From: Octopus vulgaris
Taxonomy: Eukaryota
Direction of reading: 5' to 3'
Assembly: GCA_951406725.2 (NCBI GenBank)
Contig: OX597815.1
Span: forward strand, 54,684,001 to 54,748,000
DNA: 64,000 bases
This document shows positions 13,705-25,410 of the stretch, one piece after another (positions within the stretch are counted from its first letter, which is position 1; the number at the start of each line of letters is the position of its first letter). The position numbers and the translations under genes are program-made. Under the pieces are notes generated by a model. That model did no database searches and had not been told where the DNA came from. It saw nothing but the letters and a program-made list of their open reading frames with translations.

Positions 13705-14071
13705 ATATCAAGGGTACATAAATACAGATATATATATGCACAGCAAACGATGTACTTACATATACGAGCGTCGTACATACATACATATGCACGTATGGAC
13801 ACAGCCAGTCTGAAAGGTATTTCTTTCATGCTGGCCACTTGATAATTTCGACACTTAAATATCGATATTATCCTCATATATAAATTTATATAATTCGTTA
13901 TTATATTCACTGCGGTGCTTATTTTAACCATATCGTACTTATGCGGTGATTTGGCGGGCGATTCAGACTGGCTGTGTCCATACGTGCATATGTATGTATG
14001 TACGACGCTCGTATATGTAAGTATATCGTTTGCTGTGCATATATATATCTGTATTTATGTACCCTTGATAT

Positions 14072-14131
14072 ATTCAATTGATGACGGTAAAGCTTACCTA
14101 AAGCAGAACCAGAAATCCTTGGATCTTGAAT
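14072..14131 (+). ncRNA. Type I hammerhead variant (UUGAUGA core), inverted copy 3
   Basis: Stem I ATTCAA/TTGAAT (6 bp), TTGATGA, stem II GGT/ACC with a C-A mismatch at its base, GAAA, stem III ATCC-TT-GGAT, predicted cleavage after AUC at 14125. Confidence 0.65.
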
Positions 14132-14361
14132 TATTCAATAATTTTTGCTTGTATGTTTTGTCCCTCCGCTTTACCTCATGGTGCGATATGAACACTTAAC
14201 GTGGTTTTATAGTCAGAGTTTCGACTGCTATTTCGGCATGTTGGTGTCTTTTAGACACCCTCATTTTTAATTGTTAAAAATTTTTTTACCTTTGTAAGAT
14301 ATTTCTTTCATGCTGGCCACTTGATAATTTCGACACTTAAATATCGATATTATCCTCATAT

Positions 14362-14408
<47 letters not shown>

Positions 14409-14493
14409 TTCGAGACAAAACCACTGTTTTGCAAAACAAACAAGGAAAGACTTAATCAATACATAAAATTTTTTAATATAAAGAAATAAACCG

Positions 14494-14536
14494 CCACTAC
14501 AATCGTTTCATGTCTTCAATGACATTCGTCAGGTGG
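14494..14536 (-). ncRNA. Minimal type I hammerhead ribozyme (left arm)
   Basis: Exact reverse complement of 14554-14596. Confidence 0.88.
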
Positions 14537-14553
14537 ATTAGGAGATCGAAAAT

Positions 14554-14596
14554 CCACCTGACGAATGTCATTGAAGACATGAAACGATTGTAGTGG
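14554..14596 (+). ncRNA. Minimal type I hammerhead ribozyme (right arm)
   Basis: CCAC-CUGACGA-AUGUC-auugaa-GACAU-GAAAC-gauu-GUA-GUGG: canonical core with all three stems paired; predicted cleavage after 14592. Confidence 0.9.
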
Positions 14597-14772
14597 CGGT
14601 TTATTTCTTTATATTAAAAATTTTTATGTATTGATTAAGTCTTTCCTTGTTTGTTTTGCAAAATAGTGGTTTTGTCTCGAATTAATATTATATAATATTT
14701 TACTATAAAATTGGATTTAATCCTAAATCTGATTTTTTCCCTGTAAATTTGGATTTATTCCCTAATATTTAT

Positions 14773-14809
<37 letters not shown>

Positions 14810-15085
14810 AACACATATATACATATAAAATATACAAATATACATACATATACACACATAGGCAAATCGTACATATTAATCACATGTGCAAAAAACATAA
14901 AGAACAACATTGAACAGTATATCACATTACATTGGATTATTATGCTTCGTATAGTTCAGTAAATGCATTCTAACGTAATATACTACCACTTTTAACAAAA
15001 CCAACAGTAATGTTGTTTTAACGGTAATACTAAACAACGTAACCAAATTCATGAAGCAAGGTATCAAGTATAAATGTTCACACTT

Positions 15086-15149
<64 letters not shown>

Positions 15150-16790
15150 GCACAAACAAGATATGTGCGTATGAATATATTATACAAACATAATCTGAAT
15201 AATACTTAACGCATCCGCTAACACGAATAGGCTAAATTCTAGTATCCAAAATATTCAGTCCGAAATACAAGTCCAGGCAAGGTTAGTTCCACAAAATATA
15301 AGTCCCCGTTATATGCATATTAGATTTCACAGTGTTTACATTCCTGTTATATGGATATTAAAGTTAATACATCCGCGTAATCAAATAAATTTAATTATAA
15401 AAAACATAGTAGTAACTTAAACTCCATGTCCAAGTTAAATTTAGTCCGAGGTTTGCGTTAAAGTATGGATATTAAATATATAAAGATATTTAAATTTGTA
15501 CTGGGGGTTAGGGAGCAGTCATTTAAGATATTGGCTATTTAACCTATGCATATTAAATATTTAAAATATATTAAGGTTCAGGGAGCGGTCACGTAAACTC
15601 TTGATCTATTTCCAATTGGCTAAATCATTTAAACGCATCCGTTAGGCCTGCTTCAAAACAATATGGGGTCAGAAAGTTAATTAAACAGATCATAATAGTT
15701 TATCAAAATTGAATAAAATGTTGAATAAAAAGTAACCAAAATAAAAAAATAATAATTATATCTATTATCTTATTTTACGTAAACGGAAATGCATTCATAC
15801 ATACATACACACCAAAGTATACTAAAGCCAAATAATCAAACGATTGATAACGCAAACTTACATACGGTCGTATGGTTACGTGTTAAGTAAGCAAAACAAA
15901 TTATTATATATCTATTATCTAACACATACGAATTACATTTATACATACATACACATCAAGGTATATTAACACCCAAAAAGTAAACGATTTAAAACGCAAG
16001 CTTACATATCATTATGCAATACGTAAATAAACAACAAAGTCCACCGAATTATTTTCCACCCACGACTTGCATTTATACATACATGCACATATAAGTAAAT
16101 TTAAACCCAAAATCATTCGATGGACAACACAGCCTTACATTATTTATGCATCACATAAACAAAACCAGCTATACATATACGATGCATACTTATTCCTACA
16201 AGCACACTAATCCAAGCGCGTATATTCATACATGCACATTTCTGCCTCGATAAATATATGGATCCCTGCAAAAATTAACCCCAATAGGTATGCCTACAAT
16301 TAAACAAGGATAGATAGATACAAAAAGCAAACATTAGAAGTTCAATCCGATTAGTATTAACGAAAGGGGTATATATACATAGAAAATGCACAAACCAATG
16401 CAAGCATCTAAGGAGTATATACTAATATACACACATGTAATAACCATATAAACAATTATACAGCATAGTTAAATGTGAAAAAACACAAATACCAATGCTA
16501 GTAAAAGTCCTACTACATGCAAAAACATATGTGTCAATATGCACCCATATACATAGCCATAGAATACACCTATATATATATATACTTACATATAAAAACA
16601 CACATACATACATCGATATATACACACATACATTCCTACATACTTACAGACCAGTACAAACATCACCTATACAAATGTGTACTGAAGTCCATATATAATA
16701 TCTAATATACAAGAAGATAACATGAAATAATACTTAAAACTATCACATGCATGCACGCAAATAGACAAACATGAATATATAAAAAAATAA

Positions 16791-16874
<84 letters not shown>

Positions 16875-17106
16875 GCATCCACACATATACAAATCCATTA
16901 GTGACCACAATATGTTTAGTACATTGACTCATACTAAGTGTATAACCATATACTGAAAAACAAAATTGAATACGAATCAATATACATAAATATAAAGGTA
17001 TAATTACGAACAAGTACCAATATATAAAATATACAAATATATTCATACAGAAAAACACAATAATACTAAAGACCACCATATGCAAGCACACAAAAAACTT
17101 ACATGA

Positions 17107-17170
<64 letters not shown>

Positions 17171-18058
17171 GCATGTATCCACACATATACAAATCCAAAA
17201 GTGACCACAATATGTTTAGTACATTGACTCATACTATGTACATAAGAATATACTGAAATCCCAAAGTAAATACATATCAATATACATAAAAATAAAGACC
17301 AGTATAAAAATACAAATATGCACACCGAAAAAAAAACCCTTATATCAAAATATATAAATACACAAATATTCATATACAAATACTTATATTATACATATTA
17401 TACGCTTATACATAGATGTACAAAAATAATATGCCCATAACTCATTACAATTTAGTATTCTTAAATAAATAAAGTAAATAAACTTTTAACAATTATTTAT
17501 GTCTATTTTGAATGGTATTTAGAACTAAGTATTATTTGTATCTACAGAAAGTATACGCTAGTCTATGAAGACATGTTATATTTCGTTCCTTAAGATTGTT
17601 AATAATAGGTAAATTAGCCAAAATTATAAAGAAAATTTCATTAATGCATAATGAGCATTTTCTATTCGTATTATTATACGCTGGTGCAGATGTAAGTATT
17701 TTCCATTGCAAATTATAATTGATATTTTGTCCTTAAGCTCTCAAATATATGCACTTAATCCTGTAGAATTAATCCTATTCTTATTTTTAAAAGTGTATCT
17801 ATGATAATTAAGTCGCTGTTTCAGATTATTCTTAGTAGCACCAATATATACCCTATTAGGCAATTTAAGTTGGATTGTCTCTTGACCATAGGCTGAAACA
17901 GCTGTAAGGAGCAGTTTATTTGTATTATTTTATTATTAATTTGCATATTGATGTATATTGTTTTGTTCGATTTTCATGTTCCTATTTGTATAATTAATAA
18001 ATAATGTGAAATTGTAATATCCGTAAGTTGATGATCGAAATGAATTTGTTCCTCCATT

Positions 18059-18106
<48 letters not shown>

Positions 18107-18190
18107 CCGGCAAATAAAATAAAATATAAAAAATATATACTGTTCCGGCAAGGTAAAATAAAGGGAAAAATGTACACAGTATAACGATAC

Positions 18191-18277
18191 GAGCTACTAA
18201 TAGTTTCTTGCTGTGAAGACACGTGTCTAGGCAGGTTTTCATAACACGCCTTGTGTCTCCAAGCAATCTTCGGGCTC
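18191..18277 (-). ncRNA. Type I hammerhead variant (CCGAAGA core) in a solo pLTR-like insert (18103-18548) between (TA)n tracts
   Basis: GAGC-CCGAAGA-UUGCU..GGAGACAC...GUGUCUUC..AGCAA-GAAAC-UAUUA-GUA-GCUC. Confidence 0.7.
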
Positions 18278-18543
18278 TGAGCATATGGTATGTTCTATAT
18301 GACAATCAGGACTCTGGTACATGAGAAATCATGAGAAAAAAACCGAGAAGGTTGATGCAATAATGGGAAGGGCAAATAATAACGGAAAAAAAATTTTAAG
18401 GTAAAGAAAATTAGAGTTAGTTCCCATTTGACCGCAGAAGCCATATTAAAAGTAGTTGTGGAATAATTCAAATGTGTGGGTTCCAAAGTCAGAAAGACAG
18501 CTGCTCAATCTGGAAAGAATCTATCTAGTTTGCCAAAGAAATT

Positions 18544-18599
<56 letters not shown>

Positions 18600-19439
18600 A
18601 TGTGTTGTGTGTGTATAAGTTAAAGGATTTTGATACTTCTAAGGGATAATTAAGTCCGAAGTCGCTCTTGGTTATTACCAGGGTAGCCACAGGACTCCCA
18701 TGAACCCTACACGAAACCCAACACGAACCTCAAATATATAAACCATCCCAACTTTATTAAGAGAAGTACATAGCATTAGTAATAGAATATCACGCCTTTC
18801 TTCCAACATAGATATCTTTAATAGACATAAAGAAATCTATAACTCCGCACGACGGAAAGCAAGATTTAAACATAAAATTAAATACCTTGACCCTAATCAC
18901 CCTACAAGTAGCCCAAATAACAGAAACCCACTCACTAATACCGCTAACACCAACCACACACCGTGCACCACTACAAACTACACTAACAATAAGAGCACTA
19001 CGGGTAACCCCGATAGAAACAACACCAATATGAACAACGCCAATACCCATACACAAACCACTAATAACAATAAAAATAACCGCAACACTAATACCGACAA
19101 AATGATATTAAATAAGATAAACAATATTAACAGAACCAGTAACACTAAGTACACAAATATGCTCCAAAATAACATTAGCCACAAAAATGATAGTATAAAC
19201 CTACACATCGGTATCAATAAAACTAAAGTCACCCAACGAACTAATATGAACCCTGTTAATGGCAAGAAAGCCAGGCCCTATAACCCACAGGAACCCTACG
19301 ATAATAACACCAATAGGACAGACAAAAGTAACACGTAAGTGAAACCCAACTATGGATATAACAAAAATACATACAACCACATCTTCACACGAATCACAAA
19401 TAAGGAGGGTAGCTTTTATACTAGGAAAAACAACACAAA

Positions 19440-20160
19440 AATAAACAAAATAGCGATAATATCTGGCTTTTAATTCCCTACACCATGCACCTCAAATAAA
19501 ACATAGTTCGCTCATTAATGAAAATCATAGACAAATACCTTTTCGTTAATAATAAATACGCAGAATTATTTAGAAATAAAATTAGAATAGGCCACAGTCT
19601 GACTAATAACTTAGCCACAATAATAGCCTCAATAGATATTGCAGAGATATGAAACTAGAAAGATTGTGAACAATACCAATAAAAATAAAAACCAATCAAC
19701 AAATAGAACTAGGCCCACCACTAACACAGCGCCTCCTGATGACTTCGATGTAGATCTGAATATAAATAGCCCCCCACAATACAACACGAACGCAAATACG
19801 CCTAATTATTTTGCAGCTGCATAGAACTAAGTGTCACTTCTCAAATGGATGCAAGAAGCAAATGATTCTTAGATAAAATGCGCACCAATCAAGCTTCAGA
19901 AATAGGAGTAAGGCCAACTCAACAGGGCTCAGTGCATACATTTGGGAGCTTAAGGATAAAAAAAATAGATTATAGTTTAAACTCGCGTATACTCGCAAAA
20001 ACAACCTCCTATAACACCGCCAATAGACGCAGCGATCTTTGTCTATCAGAACGTCTAGCTATACTTACGGATAAAACAACACCTTCTGAACAGAAAATTT
20101 GAGAACAACTTCTTTTGTCTTCATGTGGGCCTTTATGCATTTTCAAAATACCGGTAGAAT
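19440..20160 (+). pseudogene. Degraded Penelope-like RT-thumb/GIY-YIG remnant related to 22560-24350
   Basis: FLIPY...NIVRSLMKIIDKYL...KIRIGHSLTNNLATII, a CSC...C motif, and LSAYIWELKDKKIDYSLNSRILAKTTSYNTANRRSDLCLSERLAI, with stops and frameshifts. Confidence 0.75.
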
Positions 20161-20736
20161 AGCCCCTTTTGTCTTCAAGTAGGCCTCTATATCTTTCATA
20201 ATTCCAAACTAGAATAGTCTCTTATATAATTCGAATTACCTGGAAACCACCTTAAACACTTACATACAAACAATCACCCAGCAAACCCACTCGCCCCCAA
20301 CATTCCATAATAATTTACTCTGCACCTACATAGAGCTCTTTCTAGAAGTAAGAACTTCCTAAACTCTAGCAACAATACAATTCTTAGCCATAACACAATC
20401 TTAAACACCCCCTACCTAGCATAATAAAAACTGGCACAAGTTAGCTCCCTTTCCACCCTAAGTTAGAGTTACCCCCCTTCACTTACACCAGCGGTGACTA
20501 AAATTTACTCGAGAATAAAAACAACTTTAAAACACATGTCCGAAAAAATGTGATTAGTCAAACTCGGAACCCCACACCAAAATAATACTCACTCCCCTCC
20601 AATTGCCCAACGAAACTAACTAGCCTATTGCAATGAAACCTCTTCCTAGCGAAATTACCAGCGCAAGAACAAAATTTAATGTAAGAACTACTAAATTTGC
20701 GTCTATTACCATCACATATACACTTTTACACTTACA

Positions 20737-21118
20737 CTTTTACTTGTTTCAGTCATTTGACTGCGGCCATGCTGGAGCACCGCCTTTAGTCGAGCAAATC
20801 GACCCCGAGACTTATTCTTTGTAAACCCAGTACTTATTCATCGGTCTCTTTTGCCGAACCGCTAAGTTACGGGGACGTAAACACACCAGCATCGGTTGTC
20901 ATGCAATGCTAGGGGGACAAACACAGACACACAAACACACACACAAATACATATATATATATATACATATATACGACAGGCTTCTTTCAGTTTCCGTCTA
21001 CCAAATCCACTCACAAGGCATTGGTCGGCCCGGGGCTATAGCAGAAGACACTTGCCCAAGATGCCACGCAGTGGGACTGAACCCGGAACATGTGGTTGGT
21101 TAGCAAGCTACTTACCAC
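20737..21118 (-). mobile_element. SINE family A copy
   Basis: High identity to 1691-2102. Confidence 0.9.
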
Positions 21119-21340
21119 GTATCAATTATTTTCGCATCCTAACCGATACGCCAATCTTCTTTTCGCATTCTGAAAGGATTTACTAAAACTCGTAAATCGA
21201 AACGATCGTAAATGCTTCTTTGTTATCTAATTAAATTAAAGGCATACCAGTGAAAACGATAAGTTTCCCCTTGTTATATCCATTTTCTTCTCATATATAT
21301 TATATATTATATATTATATATATTATATATATATATATAT

Positions 21341-21719
21341 AATCAAAATAAGCAACAAGGATATTCAGAGGTACGATCGTTTCATGCGATTCCATTTAAT
21401 TGAACACTGCAATCATTGCATCAATTTAAAATGTAGAGCAATCTTCAGCTGCACAAAAAAATAAATTACAAACATGGAGTTACAACTGTGATTTTGTTGG
21501 TAAAACATGCTCTTCGTGTATCTCCTTATCCTCTTGGAGATTTTGGATAAAATTATACTAATATGTCCTTCAAATTTAATTAAATTCTATGGTTTTTGTG
21601 CAGCTGAAGATTGCTCTGCATTTTAAATTGATGTAATGATTGCATTTTTCAATTAAATGGAGTCGCATGAAACGATCGTACTGCCTTACCTCTGAATATC
21701 CTTGTTGCTTATTTTGATT
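21341..21719. mobile_element. Palindromic mini-PLE with about 120-bp arms next to (TA)n
   Basis: 21341-21459 is complementary to 21593-21719, with several mismatches. Confidence 0.85.
21600..21684 (+). ncRNA. Type I hammerhead ribozyme with extended stem II
   Basis: GCAG-CUGAAGA-uUGC...GCAu-GAAAC-GAUC-GUA-CUGC; palindromic stem III ACGAUCGU. Confidence 0.8.
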
Positions 21720-22019
21720 TTAATCACCTTATTTTAAATTGTATGGATAATACCATACTAAATTCTAGTGCCTTAACTTAAGTACCATATTCATCTGAAT
21801 CTAAATTTATATGTATGTATGCATGCATGTATGTATGTATGTATGTATGTACGTATGTATGTATGTATGTATGTATACTGAAGAACCACCTCAAGAAGCT
21901 GAACCTTTCAGGCGAGATGATAAATGAGTGAGATACCTGGAGCCTGGCCGTACTCAAGAAGACCCAAACCCCGCACCAGAAGTGTTAAGGCCGATCCATC
22001 AGGTAGTGTATAGCACTCA

Positions 22020-22174
22020 TGGCGGTGCCACGTAAAAGCACCCGGCACACTCTGAAAGTTATCCAGCCGTAGAAACCATGTCAAATCAGACTAGCGTCTG
22101 GTGCAACCCCCTGGGATGCCAACTTTGGTCACACCGTCTAACCCATGCCAGCACGAACAATGGACGTTAAAGGA

Positions 22175-22178
<4 letters not shown>
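22020..22178 (+). mobile_element. SINE fragment of a third family
   Basis: ggtgccacgtaaaagcacc...atccagccgtagaaacc...acccatgccagca...ggacgttaaa followed by a (GAT) tail; recognised by resemblance only. Confidence 0.45.
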
Positions 22179-22268
<90 letters not shown>

Positions 22269-22290
22269 ATGTTACATTACTCGGTAGTCA

Positions 22291-22353
22291 AGATAAAACT
22301 CTGAGTTTCAGATGCCGAAGTGGAAATCCACAACACCATCTCTTCGGTTATCT
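22291..22353 (-). ncRNA. Hammerhead variant (CCGAAGA core) in the 3' pseudo-LTR
   Basis: AGAUAA-CCGAAGA-GAUG..GUGGA..UCCAC..CAUC-u-GAAAC-UCAGA-GUU-UUAUCU; 6-bp stem I; near-palindromic stem III ACUC-A-GAGU; one extra U before GAAA. Confidence 0.6.
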
Positions 22354-22559
22354 GGCTATTTGAAAACGTTATGAAAAAATGCCGTTAAATAAGGGGAAAT
22401 TACTCTGTTATAACTCTGCTTGCCTGCGTACTTATACATCGCTCGCATTTTTCGTCATAAAAATTATATAAAAATACATAAAAAATATATAAAAAATATA
22501 TAAAAATATATAAATTCTTCTTGGGACATAACATAGAAAGCATGTTCTATCTGTTTTCT

Positions 22560-23943
22560 TTAGGGGACCAAAAAACGTAACAGAAATTTAGTCACATGTG
22601 GGCATGATCCGAAAAGCTCTGTCCTTGTATTTAGACATGTAGTAGGGTCTAAGCTGCTTTTCCAGATAAGCCATCTCTCCATGTCGCATAGACCGCACCT
22701 TCCGCTGCCGTTAGTATAGGGCTTACATCTGGCCAAAATCTTCCATTGTATGTTATAATCGACACCTTTATCTCTTAAAGACCAAATATGATTAGACAAT
22801 TGTGTCGCTTTTCTTTTGTTCCAGTACCTAAAGCTCAAAGTGTGGTTATTGAACCTGGCCTTGAAATTACCCTCTGTAAGGCCCACGTATTTCTTCGTCG
22901 AAACGGTGTCTTTAGTGGTTATAGAGTTTACGGTAGCTTCATATATGATGGTCTTGGACATGCAAGCTCCATTTAGCGGGCACAATTCTTTATTCCTGCA
23001 TGAACAGCTGTTTTCTTCTTGTGTTTTTTGTATGTTATGTTTGATTATGTTTTTAAAATTGGTAGTTGAACTAAAACTAATTTTTAAATTGTGTCTATTG
23101 AAGAGTTTCCGATAAGTATGGTTAACTGGAAAATGTCTATCTATCAGTGCTAGGAAATATTTACCTATATTGAAGGCCACCTCGGGTGAGTAAGGGGGCG
23201 TAAACCAGATGACCTTCCTATTTCTATTATTCCTTTTCCTTACTGTTGGGCTAGTGATAGGTGTATATTTTATTTTATCGCTAAAACCACTATCTTTTAA
23301 AGCCTTATTATAAACTGGGGCAACGCTATTGAAGATGTCCTCATCAGATGAGAGGCTAGAAATCCTCTTACTAATATTTTTAACTAAGTTTTTGAATACT
23401 ATAGGGGGATGGCATGAACCTACATTAATATAACTTAGTCTATCATTGGGCTTCCTATAAGGCTTATAAATATTCTTATTAAGATCTAAGGAAACGTCTA
23501 AGAAATTGACAACCGTCAGGTTAGTATCTATAGTTATACTAAGTCCGAAGTGTTTCATTAACTGGATAATATCCTTCCTAAAACGATCTTGTGCTGGTCC
23601 ATTTGTATTAGCTGTTAAGGCGAGGGCATCATCTTTGTAGACGGCGAAATGTACGTTAGGGAATGTCTTACCTAAGGTATCTAGGAGAAAAAGTCCAATT
23701 AGATCACAGATGCCTGCCCCATCATATGAACCCATGCTCACATCGAAAGCGCCCTCTGTGTCGGTGTTTTCTACCCACTTTGCGTCCTCACTGAAAAGTA
23801 AGGTCTTTCTAGCATGGAAGATTATTTCCTTATCATTGGTACTAATTTCTATGAAGTCACTAGCGAAGATGAGGGCTTTATCTAGCAGTTCTTTAGAGAT
23901 AGAGGCATAAAAATCAACAATATCGAATTGTGTAAACCCAGTC
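22560..23943 (-). pseudogene. Open segment of the PLE RT plus GIY-YIG ORF; disrupted further upstream
   Basis: The 393-aa track ORF extends in frame upstream to GFTQFDIVDFYASI; stops or frameshift near 23945-23965. Confidence 0.85.
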
Positions 23944-24683
23944 TACGACTTCTATACTATTGGACCATTGTACTAGCCTAGTATCGGTCTTAATTTTCGT
24001 ATTTATTTTATCTAAAATTTCTTTGCTAATAATCCCAAGTTCTGACTTGGCTGGGTTGATAAGCCTACATTTAGGGTTGGAAAGGAAGTTTTCTTTATGA
24101 TCTTTAATAGTAATAAAGGCCTCTTTTTGGGGAAGGGCTTCTATTTTTTTATCTAATTTAAGTTTAGCGGCGATGACGCTAGCTTCTTTATTGATTTCGT
24201 TATATGTCTGTGCCCTAGCCTTAGTATAATTATTAATGATGCTGTTGTGTAAGAGTTGTGTGTATTTGCTGTTATCTACCAGGTATAAGTTCTTGGTTTT
24301 ATCCGAAAAGAAGTGCTTTTTTCTTGGAGCTCTTTATATGATTAATATAGAGGATATTCATCTGAAAATCTGTGATTAAACAAACCGTGATTTTTTTTAT
24401 GGCATACAAGCCTTCGGCTCTTCGGGTTTCGAGAGAGTAGTAGTTGCTAATTGACTGTTTCACATATCTTCAAGTTCTTTCTTCTTTAAATATCAACATT
24501 CAGCGCAATGAAACTCAAGTACAATCTACAGTAGATATATAGTTTGTGGTTGGATAATAGAAGGTGTTACGAGCTTATAAAAAGTGTTGGCAAGATGGCG
24601 CCAAGTGCAATTCAAAATTTCATTCTGAAACTATTCGCCAAGAGCACCACTTTCTCCACAATCCTGGTGATTATCAAAACTGT

Positions 24684-24923
<240 letters not shown>

Positions 24924-25055
24924 GTGTATTTATCGATTCTTAATTTTCATTTTCTTATTTTTATTTTAGCAGATTGATGAACCAGTAATTCATCGCCTAA
25001 CAAAAAGGAATCTACTTGCATAGATAATTCAATTGTAAATATTTCAAGATGCTAA

Positions 25056-25410
25056 AACGGCGAGGTGGCAGAATCTTAGCAGCATTTCGTCCGTCTTTAT
25101 GCTGACTTTCAGAGTCGATAAAATAAGTACCCCATTCCCCGAAATTGTTGGCCTTGTGCCAAAAATTTGAAACCAATACTTTAGGATGCTAAGGTGGCGA
25201 GCTGGCAGAATTGCTAACACTCCGGGTAACATGTTTAACAGCATTTTGGCCGTCTTCACGTTCTGAATTCAAATTCCGCCGAGATCAACTTTACCTTTCA
25301 TCCTTTCTGGATCGATAAAATAAGTAACAGTTGTGTTCTTGTGTTGATTTAATCGATTTACCTCCTCTCCCGAAATTGTTGGCTTTGTACCAACGTTTGA
25401 AACAATATTT
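25056..25410 (+). mobile_element. Two tandem decayed copies of SINE family B
   Basis: ggcgagctggcagaa...ttctgaattcaaattccgccgag...ttcatcctt...tcgataaaataagta; matches 40323-40718. Confidence 0.75.

Larger units (their letters stand above)
13022..14368. mobile_element. Non-coding 482-bp HHR-bearing unit in tandem (-, about 1.65 copies) plus an inverted block (+, about 1.15 copies); mini-PLE or retrozyme-like
   Basis: 13022-13330 recurs 482 bp later at 13504-13812; 13813-14368 is the reverse complement; (TA)n on both sides. Confidence 0.85.
14399..14690. mobile_element. Palindromic mini-PLE with about 140-bp arms and an 11-nt spacer, inserted in (TA)n
   Basis: 14399-14539 is the reverse complement of 14551-14690; the right arm continues T-rich to (TA)n at about 14776. 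Confidence 0.9.
12393..18062 (-). mobile_element. 5'-truncated Penelope-like element with GIY-YIG remnant, long 3' region, 3' pseudo-LTR and inverted partial pseudo-LTR; carries nested inserts
   Basis: 17852 to 17540 (-) reads YIGATKNNLKQRLNYHRYTF...LSAYI*ELKDK...LQWKIL...RKCSLCINE...CLH; 17857-18062 is an inverted copy of 12575-12785; (TA)n on both flanks. Confidence 0.8.
22266..24350 (-). mobile_element. Penelope-like retroelement with RT and C-terminal GIY-YIG (probably Hydra clade), 5' truncated, 3' end in (TA)n
   Basis: DKTKNLY, AFITIKDHKENF...CRLINPAKSELG, QFDIVDFYASI, FDVSMGSYDGA, YKDD, CSCRNKELCPLNGAC, IIY...YVG, CGLC...E, CPH. Confidence 0.92.

Noticed and set aside
13095-14199. 94-aa ORF repeated in the 482-bp unit
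   Set aside because: Starts at a non-ATG codon, is low complexity, overlaps the ribozyme, and recurs only because the DNA is duplicated
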